NCBI GenBank assembly: GCA_030141605.1
Contig: JAQGDQ010000327.1
Coordinates: forward strand, 1-64,000
Reading direction: 5' to 3'
DNA: 64,000 nucleotides
From: Tubiluchus corallicola
Taxonomy: Eukaryota > Animalia > Priapulida
The notes beneath the pieces are model-generated. The model saw nothing but the letters and a program-made list of their open reading frames with translations, was not told the DNA's origin and ran no database searches. Positions 12,950 to 25,690 of the stretch are shown piece by piece. Made by a program: the position numbers and the translations under genes. The number at the start of each line of letters is the position of its first letter. Within the stretch, counting starts at the first letter, position 1.

Positions 12950-14700
12950 TGCAGGGGTGTTAGAGGCGGACGCAGGTTTCGTACATTCTCACGAGTGGAT
13001 TCCATGTTCATTGGCTGTTACAGACAGTTGTAATTACGGGAATATTGGTTCTCGTACATGTATTAACAACAGATTTAGTTCCAGCTTTTCTAACTCTCTG
13101 CAACCATTCTACAACAGGGTTATACATGGTGCCAACTTTGATAATCTCGTTCCTGTTGACATACAACAACAAAGTATGGGACGGACACACAAGGTACGGC
13201 TGCGTGTTTTATACACAAGGTCATTAGTAAACAAAACATCAACAATCCTTGATTACGTCACTGATGAAAACCTTCAAGTAGCTGTCCTTACTGAAACGTG
13301 GCTTACGGAACAAGACTCTGATACTGCCAGCAATCTGAAAGTTAAAAGATTAGATTTCCTACATTCACCTACAGGAGGGGAGGTGGCGTTGGTGTGATCT
13401 ATGAGAGCGCTTTGACGTGACCTGCATGAAGCATCAAATTCGTATCCTGCTCAATGACCGTACATCTCACAGTCATGTGTAGACCACTCCCAAGCAAAGA
13501 GAATAATGCAACAAATGCAGATTTTTTGGCAGAATTTGTAACCTTTCTCGAATAAGTGGTTACTTCTGGTGACAAACTCTTAATTGTTGGCGATTTTAAT
13601 ATTCACATTGACAGTTCCAGTCATTGTTTTTCTGAACAGTTTACAGATATGTTAAATTCATTGAATCTTGTTCAACGTGTCACATCTGCCACGCACGCTA
13701 AGGGTCACACCATTGATTTGGTTATTACTCGTGCCTCAGATGACATGGTCAAGTCCGTTTTCTGTTAGTGATTCGGCTGTTTTGACCACTTTGCAGTTTT
13801 ATGCGATCCCCAAACCTGCTTCTTTAAAAGGGAGCGCGAAAACTACGGCAAAACACGCAATATAAACGGTCAAGAATTTGGTGCAGCAATCACCAATACA
13901 CTATTAAATGAGCAGTTTAATGATTGCAATGTTTCCGAGATGGTAGGGTTATTTAATAGCACGCTTCAAACTGTTCTTGACAATTTCGCGCCTCTCTGTA
14001 ACAGGACCATAGTCATCCGTCAAGCTTGTCCTTGGTTCAATGATAGAATTCGTGAAACCTAACAGAATCGTCAAAAATTGGAGAAACAGTGGCGAGAAAC
14101 TAAATTGACTGTTCACAGGGATCAGTTTATAAATCAAAGAAACATTGTAAATAATCTTATTGCAGAAGCAAAAAAGCACATGTTTCTGTTTTAATAGCTA
14201 GTCACAAAAGAAAATCCTAAATATCTTTCTCAAGTAATTGAAACTTTGTTTGGCGAAAATAAAAAGAAAAATACAGTAACTCCATTTCACCCGAATTTGT
14301 CAGCCCAAATGTTCTTACTGAGAAGTTTTCTAACTTTTTACATTACATTATAATTTAGCAGTAACTTGCAATTAACCTCAACCCATGTCGATATGAACGA
14401 AATTAATCAGGTTGTGTCCATCCCTGCTTCAGTGAGTTTACCAAAGTCAGCATGGACGAAGTAGAGCGTATGCTTAAAGATTCCCCCATCAAAACACTGT
14501 ATTTTAGACGTATATAGTAATATAGTAACTATATTATCGTTTATAATCGTTTATAGTAACAATTGTAAATGCTTCCTTATACAATCGGGTTGTTTTCCAA
14601 ACTCTTTGAAACAAGCTATTGTGACCCTTTGGTGAAGAAATGCGGTCTTGCTAGTTGATGAATTAAAAAAATACCGTTCCATTTCTAATCTTGATTTACT
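12950..14700 (+). mobile_element. Decayed L2/CR1-group LINE ORF2 (AP endonuclease to start of RT)
   Basis: TRSLVNK..VAVLTETWL, LLIVGDFNIH..LNL.QRV..ATHAKGHTIDLVITR, a CPWFND-like segment (~14028), and KKYRSISNL (~14667-14693), after which it is cut. Confidence 0.88.
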
Positions 14701-14705
14701 ATTTA

Positions 14706-17260
14706 ATCGATATATATATATATATATATATGGTTACATGGATATATAACCGACGAAGCTACAGCTCCAACAACGGCACCATTCTCAACGATCTATACGT
14801 CAAATGAAAGGTCTTCACCTATAGGTTCGCACCTGGGGGTTTATTTTGTGAATTTTTCTGTACACTTACACCCACCACATAACATGGTGAGCATGATTTT
14901 GATGACTATGATGATGATGACGACAACGATGACGACACCTACACCACAAACGCCAACAGCAGAGCATCATAGTGAAACCATGCAAAACATTTTGTGTAAA
15001 GTTGAAACTGTGTGCTATCGCAAATGCTGTTAGGCTGTCTACCAATGATCAATAATGCGCAGACATTCTACATAGTTTTGTTTGCTGCTTCTCAGATGAT
15101 AACAGGCTAACAAAACTTACATGTAAAATCTATAACACTGTAGAACGACTGCACCAACACCACACCCACCTTACCACCCCACCACACCATCCACAGCACA
15201 GCACCCACAGCACAACACTCAGAGGCACACCACTCACAGCACACTCACCACATCACCACACATCACACCATACTACCACCCACCACCCCACTCACAATGC
15301 ACTACCCACACCACACCACACCAACCCACCGCACCACTCACAACATGCCATCTACACCGCACCTCCAACACCATAATGCAACACAACACCACAACACCCA
15401 CACCATAGCACACCACTCACAACACACTACCAACTCCCCACACACCCTACCATCCCACCACACCCACCACACCACACCACACCACACCACGCCACATCAC
15501 ATGGTGACCATGATGTTGATGATGATCCTGGTGACAACGACGATGACACCTACAGCACCAACAAAAATTGTACGGCATCACAGTGAAACCATTCAAAACA
15601 TTTTGCACAAAGTCGAAACTGTGTGATATAATAAATGCTCTTAGTCTGTCTACCAATGATCAATAATGTGCGGACATTATGCATAGTTTTATTTGCTGCT
15701 TCTCAGATGATAATAGGCTAACAGGACTTACTTACATGTAAAATCTATAACACTGTAGAACGATGGTGAAGACAATGCCGCTTAATTTCTCTAACTAAAA
15801 GACAATGGGTGTTCCAAATAGCGTGCAGCACAGGGAGGTAGAAAAAGAACTTTGAAGTACACCCTTCCCGTTTCAGCCAGTATACATCTTTCCTAGTGGA
15901 ACCTTCAGCAATTTGTAGAACATTTCGCTCTGTTTCTGTCAGTGTGCTTTTTTTCCAGCATACCGAGACAGTTGCACAAATCGAGTTTTTCTGGAGGCTG
16001 TTTGAGCAGTTTTCTGCAAACCTTGCGTGGTCCAGGAAAATGCATGTAACGGGCATTAGTAGCACTCCCGCGAAATCTAAATACGACTTTTACCCCCGCC
16101 ATTGAATGTGCTATCCAACCATTACCGACACGATCTAGTTCTCCAGAAATAAGAGGCAAAAATTTTGCAAAAAATGCATCAACACCACACCACCCACACC
16201 CTATCACCCCAAAAGCTTATCCACACCATGTCACCCACACCATCAATACCACACCACCCAGACCATACTACACCACACCACTCCACCACCACCACACACA
16301 CACTACCACCACACCACGCCATCCACAGCACACTCAGCACACACATCACACCAAATCCACCATATCACATGATGATCACGATAATGGCGATGATGATGAT
16401 GATGATGATGATGATGACGATGACACCTACAACACCGACACCAACAGCACAGCATCATAGTAAAACCATGCAAAACAATTTTGTACCAAGTTGAAACTGT
16501 GTGCTATAACAAATGCTCTTAGACCCATCCACCAATGATCAGTAATGCATGGACATTCTACATAGTTTTCCTTACTACTTCTCATATGATAATAGGCTAA
16601 GAGAACTTACTTGCATATGCAATCTATAACACATTAGAATAGCGGGTGATGATAATACTTGGAACAGCCGCGAAATTTCTCAACCTCAAAGACAGTGACT
16701 GTTCCAAATAGCGTGTAGCACTGGGGGGTTGATAAAGAACTTAGAAAAACACCCCTCCCATTTCGTCCAGTAAGCATCTCTCCTAATGAAACTCCAGTGC
16801 CTTGTAGACCGTTTCACCCTCCTTCTGCGAGTGTGCATACTTTTTTCAAACAGTTGCATAAATCGAGTTTTCTTGTAGGCTGTTGTAGGCTGTTTTTGTG
16901 CAGTTTTCTGCAACCTTTAGATGGTTGTGTCCGGGAAAACGCCCGTGGCGGTATTTGTGGCCCTCCTGCGAAATCTAAATATGAATATAATACCCAGCAT
17001 TGAACGGGCTATCCAACCATAGGCAGCACGCCGCCCCCCCGCCCGTACATTCCGTTTCTATAGAAATAGGATGTATAGGTTTTGCATCTTTGCGAAAAAC
17101 GGTCAAAAAGGGTTTTTTGGAGGTTTTGTACCCCCCCGTTCCTTACAGTGGGCCCGATTCGAAAAATAAACCCCCAGATGCGAACCTGCGGGTAGAGACC
17201 TTCCGTTTGACGTATAGATCGTCGAGAATTGTGCAATGCTAAAGCATATGCTAGCATTGA
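14706..17260. mobile_element. Non-autonomous Helitron/Helentron-like element with ~77-bp inverted repeats and internal tandem modules
   Basis: Starts at a TC..(TA)n run. 14777-14852 is the reverse complement of 17158-17234 (GCAC.ATTCTC.ACGATCTATACGTCAAA.G.AAGGTCT..GGTTCGCA.CTGGGGGTTTATTTT). Ends in the hairpin CAATGCTA-N10-TAGCATTG. Inside are three copies of a ~280-bp module and two of a ~350-400-bp module separated by CAC-rich tracts. The superfamily call is an inference. Confidence 0.65.
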
Positions 17261-17326
17261 ATGTTCATTTGTCTATTACGAAGTTATTCAAAAAGATTAA
17301 AAAATGTTATAGAAAAAAATTCTTAC

Positions 17327-17447
17327 CTTCACTAATATGTATAATATGTGGATGCGTCAAACACGACATTATTTCGATCTCTCTTCTAATCCTTACTAAA
17401 TCCACATCATCTTCTATTTTCACTTTCTTGATAGTTTTAACAGCAAC
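17327..17447 (-). CDS. NUAK: NUAK-family kinase exon (subdomains II-IV), absent from the ORF track
   Basis: Acceptor tttcAG and donor GTAAGA; 121 nt, phase 0 to 1. Encodes [40 protein letters not shown] (NUAK1: [36 protein letters not shown]). Phases join both neighbouring exons. Confidence 0.95.
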
Positions 17448-18592
17448 CTGAAACATAAAGTAAGAAAAATCGATATCTAGGCCCATAGTCCTTCAGCTGA
17501 GAGGGTGCTCTTGTGCGCATTCTATGTACAGAATTACTCTCAAGGTATCACTAGACATGCAACAAATGAAGGGAATTCCTCACAATAATAGCAAATGAGA
17601 TAATGACGTCATAAGTTACGCGTGAAGAAACTAGCGCAAATCTAAGATTCTCTCTTCGTCGTCTGTTAAAATGAGCGACCGTAAATAAATGTTGTCTTTC
17701 ATAGCTAGATTATACTAAAGGGACACAAAATAAATCTTTGGTGCAAATCCAATAAAGCATTTAATAAAAGAAAGTCGTGTTGTTTTAATAAATGCTTTGA
17801 AGTGCCTGTATAAATTATGACTTATGCTGAATTTGTTTACTGATGCTAGTAGTACATACTGCTTTCTCGTGCTGTTTATGTAACACTCTTAAAATAACCA
17901 AATTTAAAAGGAGCACTACCCCTCAGCTGAACTTATTTTATTAGTGTTTCCTGAAAACGAGTACTACACAATGCGACCTTACATTTTTTTATTAAGCTGG
18001 ATATTATGATAATGAGCTAAAATGAATTTGCAATTAACGTCGAAATCGAGTTAGTAAGCTGGAACATAGTAGATCCGTATTACTTATTTAGGACTATCAA
18101 AAAATGCAAAGCGTAGGGTAAGCTCCGAGGTAGACCCCAAAATGTAAGACTTGGCCTGTCTACGAGCTAGACGTGAGTTCTTAGCCAGTTAAATAAAACT
18201 GAGGCTAGTCCGTGAATTTATAGGTAATAGCCAGATTCTTCGCCATACTGATACTGGCTATTTACTTCTTGAAGCGAGGATTTATTCACAACCGAATATA
18301 GGCAAGATACTTCTGCAGTCTAGCATCTCATCTTAAAAGATATAATGATGAGATAACTTCCGGTTTCACCACAACCTCTACATAATGAATGCTGGATTCT
18401 GGCTTGGGTAAAAAGTTATGATGGATGATGGATGTGGATGTGTATAATGGATATCCTATTCTAAGTATGATGGATATGCATTAAAAATTTTCATGGAATA
18501 TACCGGTTAGGTTATATATCAGGGCGAATGTGTCTAAATTCACGTTGTTAATCAAATTTTGATAGTCCCACAACTTGCAATTTTAAAATTAC

Positions 18593-20138
18593 CTTTGCTC
18601 CTGTAACTTTATCAACGGCTAATTGCACTTTTCCATACGTTCCTCTACCAACAGTTTTTGACGCATCAAATCTGGTATCAAATGTCTTGTTCCGCTTGGG
18701 ATCAGATTGGGATGGAGGATTTTGTGGCATTACTTTAGGTTGAGTGCATCTTCTATTTACCAGTGAAGGAACAACTTTGTCCACTAGGTACTTTTCTTGT
18801 GCAGATGCTGATTGCTCTGGTGACAAGTGGCCAGATTTTTGCAGATGTGGTAAGATAGATATTTCACATGGTGCCGAGAACGAAGCCGTAAGGCATGGAC
18901 TGCGAACCGTTACAGAATTCGATTTTTCAGTTTCTTCTCCTCTGCGATGCTTTAGTTGGCTCGTAAGAAAATCTGTATGTGAAGAAAAATTCGTTTTGTT
19001 ACATTCATTATTTGTTTTTGCGCAAAATTGCTGTGCTTTATGGAAATTCCTTCCACATTTAGAATCGGGTGTTGAGCTCAAGCCATATGCTTTGTGTGGT
19101 TGTGCCATTTCTGAAATGAAATTTCTGTAACTACTCCTAGAATCGAACGGAACGCTGAAACCTTTCTCTCTAAAAGGCTTGGCCACTTCAGTGGCAAAGT
19201 CTCTGTAGGCGTTTTCGGAACTAAACAACGAACTAAAGTCAGGGTCTTTAAACGGCAGTGCAAGCCCTGCAAAAAAGTGTTCGGTGCAGCAATTATTATG
19301 ACTAAAATGTGTTTCGAATTCTGCGTTTTTGTACGTAGACTCTTCATCAACTTGCTCCAATTCTGCTTCCTTTCCTCCATAAACTTTGTCAACACTAGCA
19401 GATACTTTCACACCACTATCTTTAACAGATTTTTTTAAATTTCTGCTGTTGCACTTACAGACAGAGCAAGATGTCTGAGAAGAGTTTGATACATCTGTTC
19501 TCGCAATATCGTTACTGTCGGATTTTATGTAGTCATTAACAGTATTTAGGCTCAAAGAATGTATAGCTTCTGTGTCTTCATGAGCACCAAGACTGCATGT
19601 TTTCAAAGCATTTGTTTTCTTGGTTGAAATTTTTTTATAGCCACAAGAAGAGCGGGGCGAAACATTGACACTGGTAAGCTGCTGCCCTTGTGTTATTTCT
19701 GCAGAAAAGTCTGGGTTGCTGCCTAAAGAATTGGGTGCAACACTAAGAGTCTCAATTTTGTACGAATGAGGACTGTCAGCGAGTTTTGAATTTGTGTCTA
19801 CTGAACTGCAAAAAGTCCCACGCTGATGAGTCAAGTTCAAATTTGTCCCTACGGGTTTCGAAATATGACTGCTACAATCTGCAGAAATGCTAAACGATGG
19901 ATGTTCATTAAAATTCTGCCAAGATGACTTGGACTCATGTCTATTGAGATCCTCGGCGCTAGTAAGACGTATATTGGGAAGCTTTTCGTCATCTGAAGTT
20001 GTCAATAAGGCCGCAGCAAACGTACAGTCGATATCTCTACCAATGCTGCTAGGTGGGCAACTTAAAGGGCGAGCTTTCTTCTTTGCTTTGGGATCTCGCA
20101 GTTTTACTGGCGTTCCGGTGAATATTAACATGTTTAAC
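18593..20138 (-). CDS. NUAK: NUAK-family kinase large exon: long Ser-rich N-terminal extension plus Gly-rich loop
   Basis: Uninterrupted 1.5-kb frame ending RFDASKTVGRGTYGKVQLAVDKVTGAK, then donor GTAATT (phase 0, joining VAVK). Acceptor tttatttttAG at 20139-20140; in-frame ATG at 20131. Confidence 0.88.
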
Positions 20139-20382
20139 CTAAAAATAAAGCAACAAAATATTTTAGAAATTTTGGAAACTTTCTGCAAATTTGAAATCCA
20201 AATTGTTTGCCCATTAAAATCATTTGCTTTCTATTTTCTAAACTTTTGTCTTATTCATTAATCACAAATTAAGATGAAAACAACTTAAATAGTTTTAAAA
20301 ATTTTCAAATTTTTGTGTATCAGCAGACCTACCACGCTTTATAGATAAATATGTCCATAAATTATCGCAGTTTGATTCTTTT

Positions 20383-20443
<61 letters not shown>
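20383..20443. repeat. (TTG)n microsatellite
   Basis: About 20 TTG units. Confidence 0.95.
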
Positions 20444-20879
20444 CATTTCAGCAACAGGTTTTGTAACGAAGGTTTGACGAAAGGATTGATTATTTTTTAG
20501 ATTATTATTGAAATCATGTGCTTATCCACTTATCGGTTATATATCGTTCACAGGCCGGTCAACCAGTTGGCTTGGTGCATGGCTCATGTGTAAACCTGTG
20601 TTATTGCTTACGTCTGTCTTTGAGACTGATCATGCAGACTATAAATTTTATACCAAGCACTGGGAACTAATTTTATTGCAGTATAATTAAAAAACACCAT
20701 AATTTTACAAGTTTTCGAACATATAACTTTTTTTCATTAACGCTAATTTTATTGACATAACGCACATATCCTTGAGTGAAATAAATAGGTCTTTTTTGAA
20801 ATGATTTGTTCACAATTTCTTGTACTTCGGTAAGCCTAACAGTGGTACATTTTGTAGAATAATTGACAAATTGTTACTA

Positions 20880-21655
20880 TAAACATGATTGTATTCATTT
20901 TACATTGTAGCTATTCTGTGTATTAGCAAATGAAGATTTTACGGGAAGATTTTATTGAGACACTTCCAATTATACAATACTATAACTTAAATCATGACGA
21001 AAATTCTATGGATTTAAGCTTATCCCATAATACAGATACAAATTAGATACTGATAATACACTCATTGCTAGAGCAGGAAACTATCAACAAGTAAACAATC
21101 ACCTTATAAACGATGGTGAAATATTCTGCAACTGGTTTCTTAACTATCAAATGAAAGTGAACCCAAGTAAATTTCACTACCTGTCAGCTCGTACAGATCA
21201 GAATGAATCTACTGCTCATTTGACTTTTAATAATGAACGTGTAAATGAAGAAAACATGAACAACTTGCTTGGAGTTTAACTAGATAAAAATTTATGTTTT
21301 AAAGAGCAGGTATCAGAAAGGCTGGAAGGCAGATCAATTCACTGATACGTCACTTGAATAAAATAAATGATCAGTTTTAGACTCAACTCAGTACTTTTAT
21401 ATGCTAAACGTAACGTAGTTATTTTAATTATACTGTAAATTGTGAATAGGCTTAGATACGTGTCATTGTGCTTGCTTTTGTAAGCTTTTGCTTGTTTTTA
21501 TTAGTTTTTATAAAAATTGTAGTAATTTTAGTCGGTGATATTAGTTCTCGTGTGAATTAATGATTTATGTACCTGAAAATCGGCTTTAAATAAACTACTT
21601 ACCCATTCACTCGCTCACTCACTCACTCACTCACTCACTCACTCACTCACTCACT
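20880..21655 (+). mobile_element. CR1-group LINE 3' fragment with (CACT)n tail
   Basis: TDNNTLIA..LINDGEIFCNWFLNYQMKVNPSKFHYL and NLLGV*LDKNLCFKEQV (~21050-21315), then AATAAA (~21589) and (CACT)n at 21607-21655. Confidence 0.75.
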
Positions 21656-22538
21656 TAAAGTTTTACATCATTTCGTAGCCACATTACTGAATTTGAAACT
21701 ATGAGTAGTATAACAGCTACAAAGGCTACCTGTTCTATGGCAATGTTAATACAAGTTATTGATAAATGAACTTAGTAAGCTTTAACAACACCTCTTCAGA
21801 TTCTGAAACAAAAACAGAAAAATACGATAAGAATTTGTCGAACGCAGCCATAGCAGTTAAGTCCATTGGAGCTTGGTATGAAAATACAAGAGTTTTTAAC
21901 TGAAGCGCAACGTGAATTTAGCGAAGATTCAGTCAAATTAACTGAAACTCAATTTACGATCTTCACATCTCAGCAGCGAGCTCACGACTCTGACGGTATC
22001 AAGTGTCACTTGCCAGAATGCCTCAACAGAACTAGCGTTTACTAACTTCTGATTGTTCGGGATTAAGAGGAGTACATACAAGACAGTGTGCTTGATGGGG
22101 TGGCGTTAAGGAGGTTGGCATAACACACACCGGAAAGGGCATAGTCACCATTCCAAGCTGAAATTTATAGAACATTGTGGCTTGGTGTACCACAATAGCG
22201 CTACCTGTTCTATAAAGTGCCCCATTTCAGTTGCTGAAGCAGTGATGTCACAACGCCGTCCTCTCGAAGATGTATACTTTTACAAAACGAGCAACTTGGC
22301 ACTGAACATGCACAGCAAGCATGGCCCCGCCTAGATCTTACTTAGAGCCAATTTTATGATGAGGGCGCAATGAAAACGACCCGTGGAATAGCTGTAAGAA
22401 ATTCAGAAAATGTTCAGAAAATTTCCGATTCTTTCTCGAAATCCCATACAGCAAATAAGTTCATTTCACAGTGAAGCTGCTGATTTTTTTCGCGCAGCTA
22501 CTTTGCGAGTTGCAGGCTTGTAGCCATTACTCGGCAAC

Positions 22539-22800
22539 ATGGACGAGGACGATGTCATGTTTTTACTGAGTGTTTACAAATTTTACGATACTATTAATTA
22601 CCGCCATTATGAGTGCACCCAAATAACAAAACAAGACAGCACCGTGGTGTTGTTGCAACGTTGTGTGGACATTTGAGAGACCATTTTACAGAAATTTTAC
22701 AGGTACACGAGAATGACTCCACACACTTTCAACGAGCTATTAGCTTTACTACATGACTTAATTGCAAAAAAGATGTAAATATCAGACTGCGTTGACCCTT
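22539..22800 (+). mobile_element. PIF/Harbinger transposase N-terminal remnant
   Basis: Across frameshifts it reads MDEDDVMFLL..VHPNNKTRQHRGVVATLCGHLRDH..KFYRYTRMTPHTFNELLALLHDLIAK, resembling the Harbinger WVHP..FxxYxRMxxxTFxxLL segment. No catalytic DDE region is seen. Confidence 0.6.
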
Positions 22801-24589
22801 TAATTTTGTAATTACATACTGTAATTACATGACATTTTATACTGCATAATCATGTCTAAATTAAGTTATGGTTGCCGTATTTCTCATATACAAAGTACAA
22901 TGAATAATGTTAGTCAATGTAATGCCTGGTCTGTTTTTTGTTTCTTTTTTAGAAAACAATCATGTCTTTTTGTTTTTACTTAACGCAATACTGTTATGGT
23001 ATGTTAGTAAAATCGACTAACAACTTCAAAATCTGAAAATATATAATAAATAAATATATGTGTGCGTTCTTTTTCTTTTTCCATCGCTGCTGCATTAATA
23101 AGACATAAAATCGTCTAACTGTTAAAAGAGATATTAAATCTAATAATTTTATCTGAAATGTGTTCATTTTTGTTCGTTAGGCAAGAAAGAAGTTATTGGG
23201 CAGTTAAATTTTTATCTGAATTCATCGAGGATTCCTCACGAAAATGGAACATGCAGTATTAATTTATACCATGCAGCAATTTTTCCTCATGAGGAGGATG
23301 CTTAGCTTCTAGCTGGCGGCAGAACGTTTCGCGAGGAATTGCACTATGAAAATACGCCATAAAAAACAATGTGTTTCATTTCCGTGAGGAATGCCGCAAG
23401 CAATACCTCCTCGTCCACTAAAAATAACAAATCATGTTTGTTGTTTTTAGTGGACGGATGTCAGAAGAGTTATATATAGACTACTTGGCTTCCGCATCTG
23501 CTGGTACCGAACCAACCTGGGTAGTTTTAGCCCTGGTCGGCGAGGTACCGCCTGCAGTTCAATATTTTATGCTGTTTTATTTTATTTTTGTTCCAAATTT
23601 ATTTCGTACATTGAAAAGTACATAGCATTGTAGGAAAAGTTAAGACACTCAGGTGTGCACACAGACTAACAATTAAAAAAATCTAACTTGATTGCTTAAA
23701 AAAACATTAAGGAAAAGCAGTTTAAGTAAGACTGAAGATACAGTTTCTATGAGAGTTTTTAATATGAAACGTCATTTTGTAATAAATGATGTTCGCATCT
23801 TAGTAATGGCAAATTTTTCCAAGCCTGTTCAAAACTGAGGCGGCAAAAGAGCAATCATTCAAAATTCAATCTAGATAAACTTAATGATGAAAATACTTCA
23901 AAAACATGTAAGAAACATTTGGAACAGAACAACCTAGTTGAAGGTTTTGAATAAGAAAACGCCAGTGAAAAATGGGATTTGCTGCAAGCCGCGATAAAAA
24001 AGTAACTATTCTTTTAAACTATCATTAAGAATTTAATTAAGCATAAAATTCAGTCAACTTTCGACCCAACAAAATAACTGAAAGGCAAAATACATCTAAG
24101 CAGGAATATAAAGGATATTGATAAGCTAAAACAGGATAGAAACAATATACTGAAGATGAGGAAAATTCGTGAACGGATAAATTAGTAAAAGAGAGAGGAA
24201 GGTAAAGACACTGACGGAAGAAACAGAAAATTCAAAAAATGATTCGTCACGCCATTACAAGAGCATTGGTAAAAGTGTATATTAACTGATCCGACAGAAC
24301 AAGCCCGAAGAAATAGCCATATGGTACAGCACAATTTTCCATGATGTTTCGACAGAAAAAATGTGGTCCCCAGTTTTATATGTACAGAATACTATACTCC
24401 CGCCGTTCTACATATGTTAGTTGAAACCACGGCTTGAAACTTTAGAGGACATATTTGAGGAAGGCGAAAAAGCCTAAATACCACACATTTCGTGGAACTG
24501 ACAAACCAGCAATTAGTAGCACCTCGGCAAACGAGGCTAATAATATTGCTGCACAAGCAACTAACAACTATTGTCTGACAACCGCCGCC

Positions 24590-25690
24590 CAGGATATACA
24601 AGGAGAATTTAATGCTTTAAAAGACTCCTTGTAACGTGTACGAGTCAGGCCAGGGAATACGACTCGCTGATCAGCTTATGTTAAACAGCTCAACTCGTTC
24701 AGCCAGGTATGCAGAGGCTGCTATTCGTTTATTATCAACGTTGAATCTCAGCGAAAAAAATTAACTGGAAAAGAATTACAGTGCTACTAATACAGGTTGA
24801 ACATTTCACATATTTACAGGACGAACATGCTTCCTTAATTGTGCAAGATCAGTTTCCTAGGTCTACGGCACGCTTACTTCGTTCTCTTCAGCGAAATACA
24901 TCAGACGTAAATTCAGAAGCGCTAAAAATTTAAGAGCGGCTTCCCAAATACAGGTGCAACGCAGCATTTAACTCCACAGTACCAGTCAGCAAGAATATAT
25001 CCCAGTTTTAATTTTCCACGAGGCAGATTTAACTCAAGTTACAGGGGGCGTTTTTCTCAAAATCGTTTTTCGTGCGTTTTCTAACAGAGGAATTCCGTTT
25101 AATAGGCCCGCCAAGTAAACGTGAACAAACCAGCCACGCGCAACAGAGTAACAGTAGTTACGATTTAATGTGACCAGCTGTGAGGCAAAAATTCAGGACG
25201 TTCACTTATAAAGAAATAGTAATTGCATGCTGTATAATATGCTTGTACTACTCATTAGGCCCAACTGCTCTAAATATTGAGACTGATCACTGTTTATACG
25301 TTATTTTGAATTTGTTGAAGTGATTATGTAACTGGACACTATTACACTTGCTTAGAATTTTCTTAATATTGCTGATGCATTGTTTATTAGCTTGTTTGTA
25401 ATGCTCGTGTTTCGAACTCATCAAAGGAATGACAACCCCCCAAACTGACCTTTTATCTCTTCACTATGGTCATCTTAGATTCGAAGGACGAACATCAATG
25501 CTACATGCTAGTTGCTGTGTTTATTTACTGTTTTGTTTCGTTTAAACTTAATTCCGTAGGCTCAAGGTTTTCTTTTTTTGCTTATGTTTTCTGCTGGTTC
25601 GCTCTCTCAAAATGGAGCGCAGTAGAATAATAGCGAATCCGTTCGTTTTAAGTTGGATTAAAGATGGTGTAAAATTACCCTTTGATTTAA
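24590..25690 (+). mobile_element. DIRS/Ngaro-like retrotransposon remnant (ORF1 and start of RT frame)
   Basis: A helical ORF1-like relic (IQGEFNALKDSL..ARYAEAAIRLLS..YLQDEHASLIVQ..TARLLRSLQRNTS), then AGSLSQNGAQ*..ANPFVLSWIKDGVKLPF (~25594-25683), which resembles the DIRS RT N-terminus. Truncated at ~25690. Confidence 0.5.

Noticed and set aside
14848-16494. His/Thr/Met-rich ORFs as metal-binding proteins
   Set aside because: They are translations of CAC and GAT low-complexity tracts inside a repeated non-coding module.
18744-20261. Plus-strand and alternative-frame ORFs overlapping the large NUAK exon
   Set aside because: Shadow ORFs of a real coding exon with no recognisable motifs.
23700-24350. 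Possible LINE ORF2 linker fragment
   Set aside because: A-rich with only vague similarity (EKWDLLQAAIK) and no diagnostic motif, so not called.
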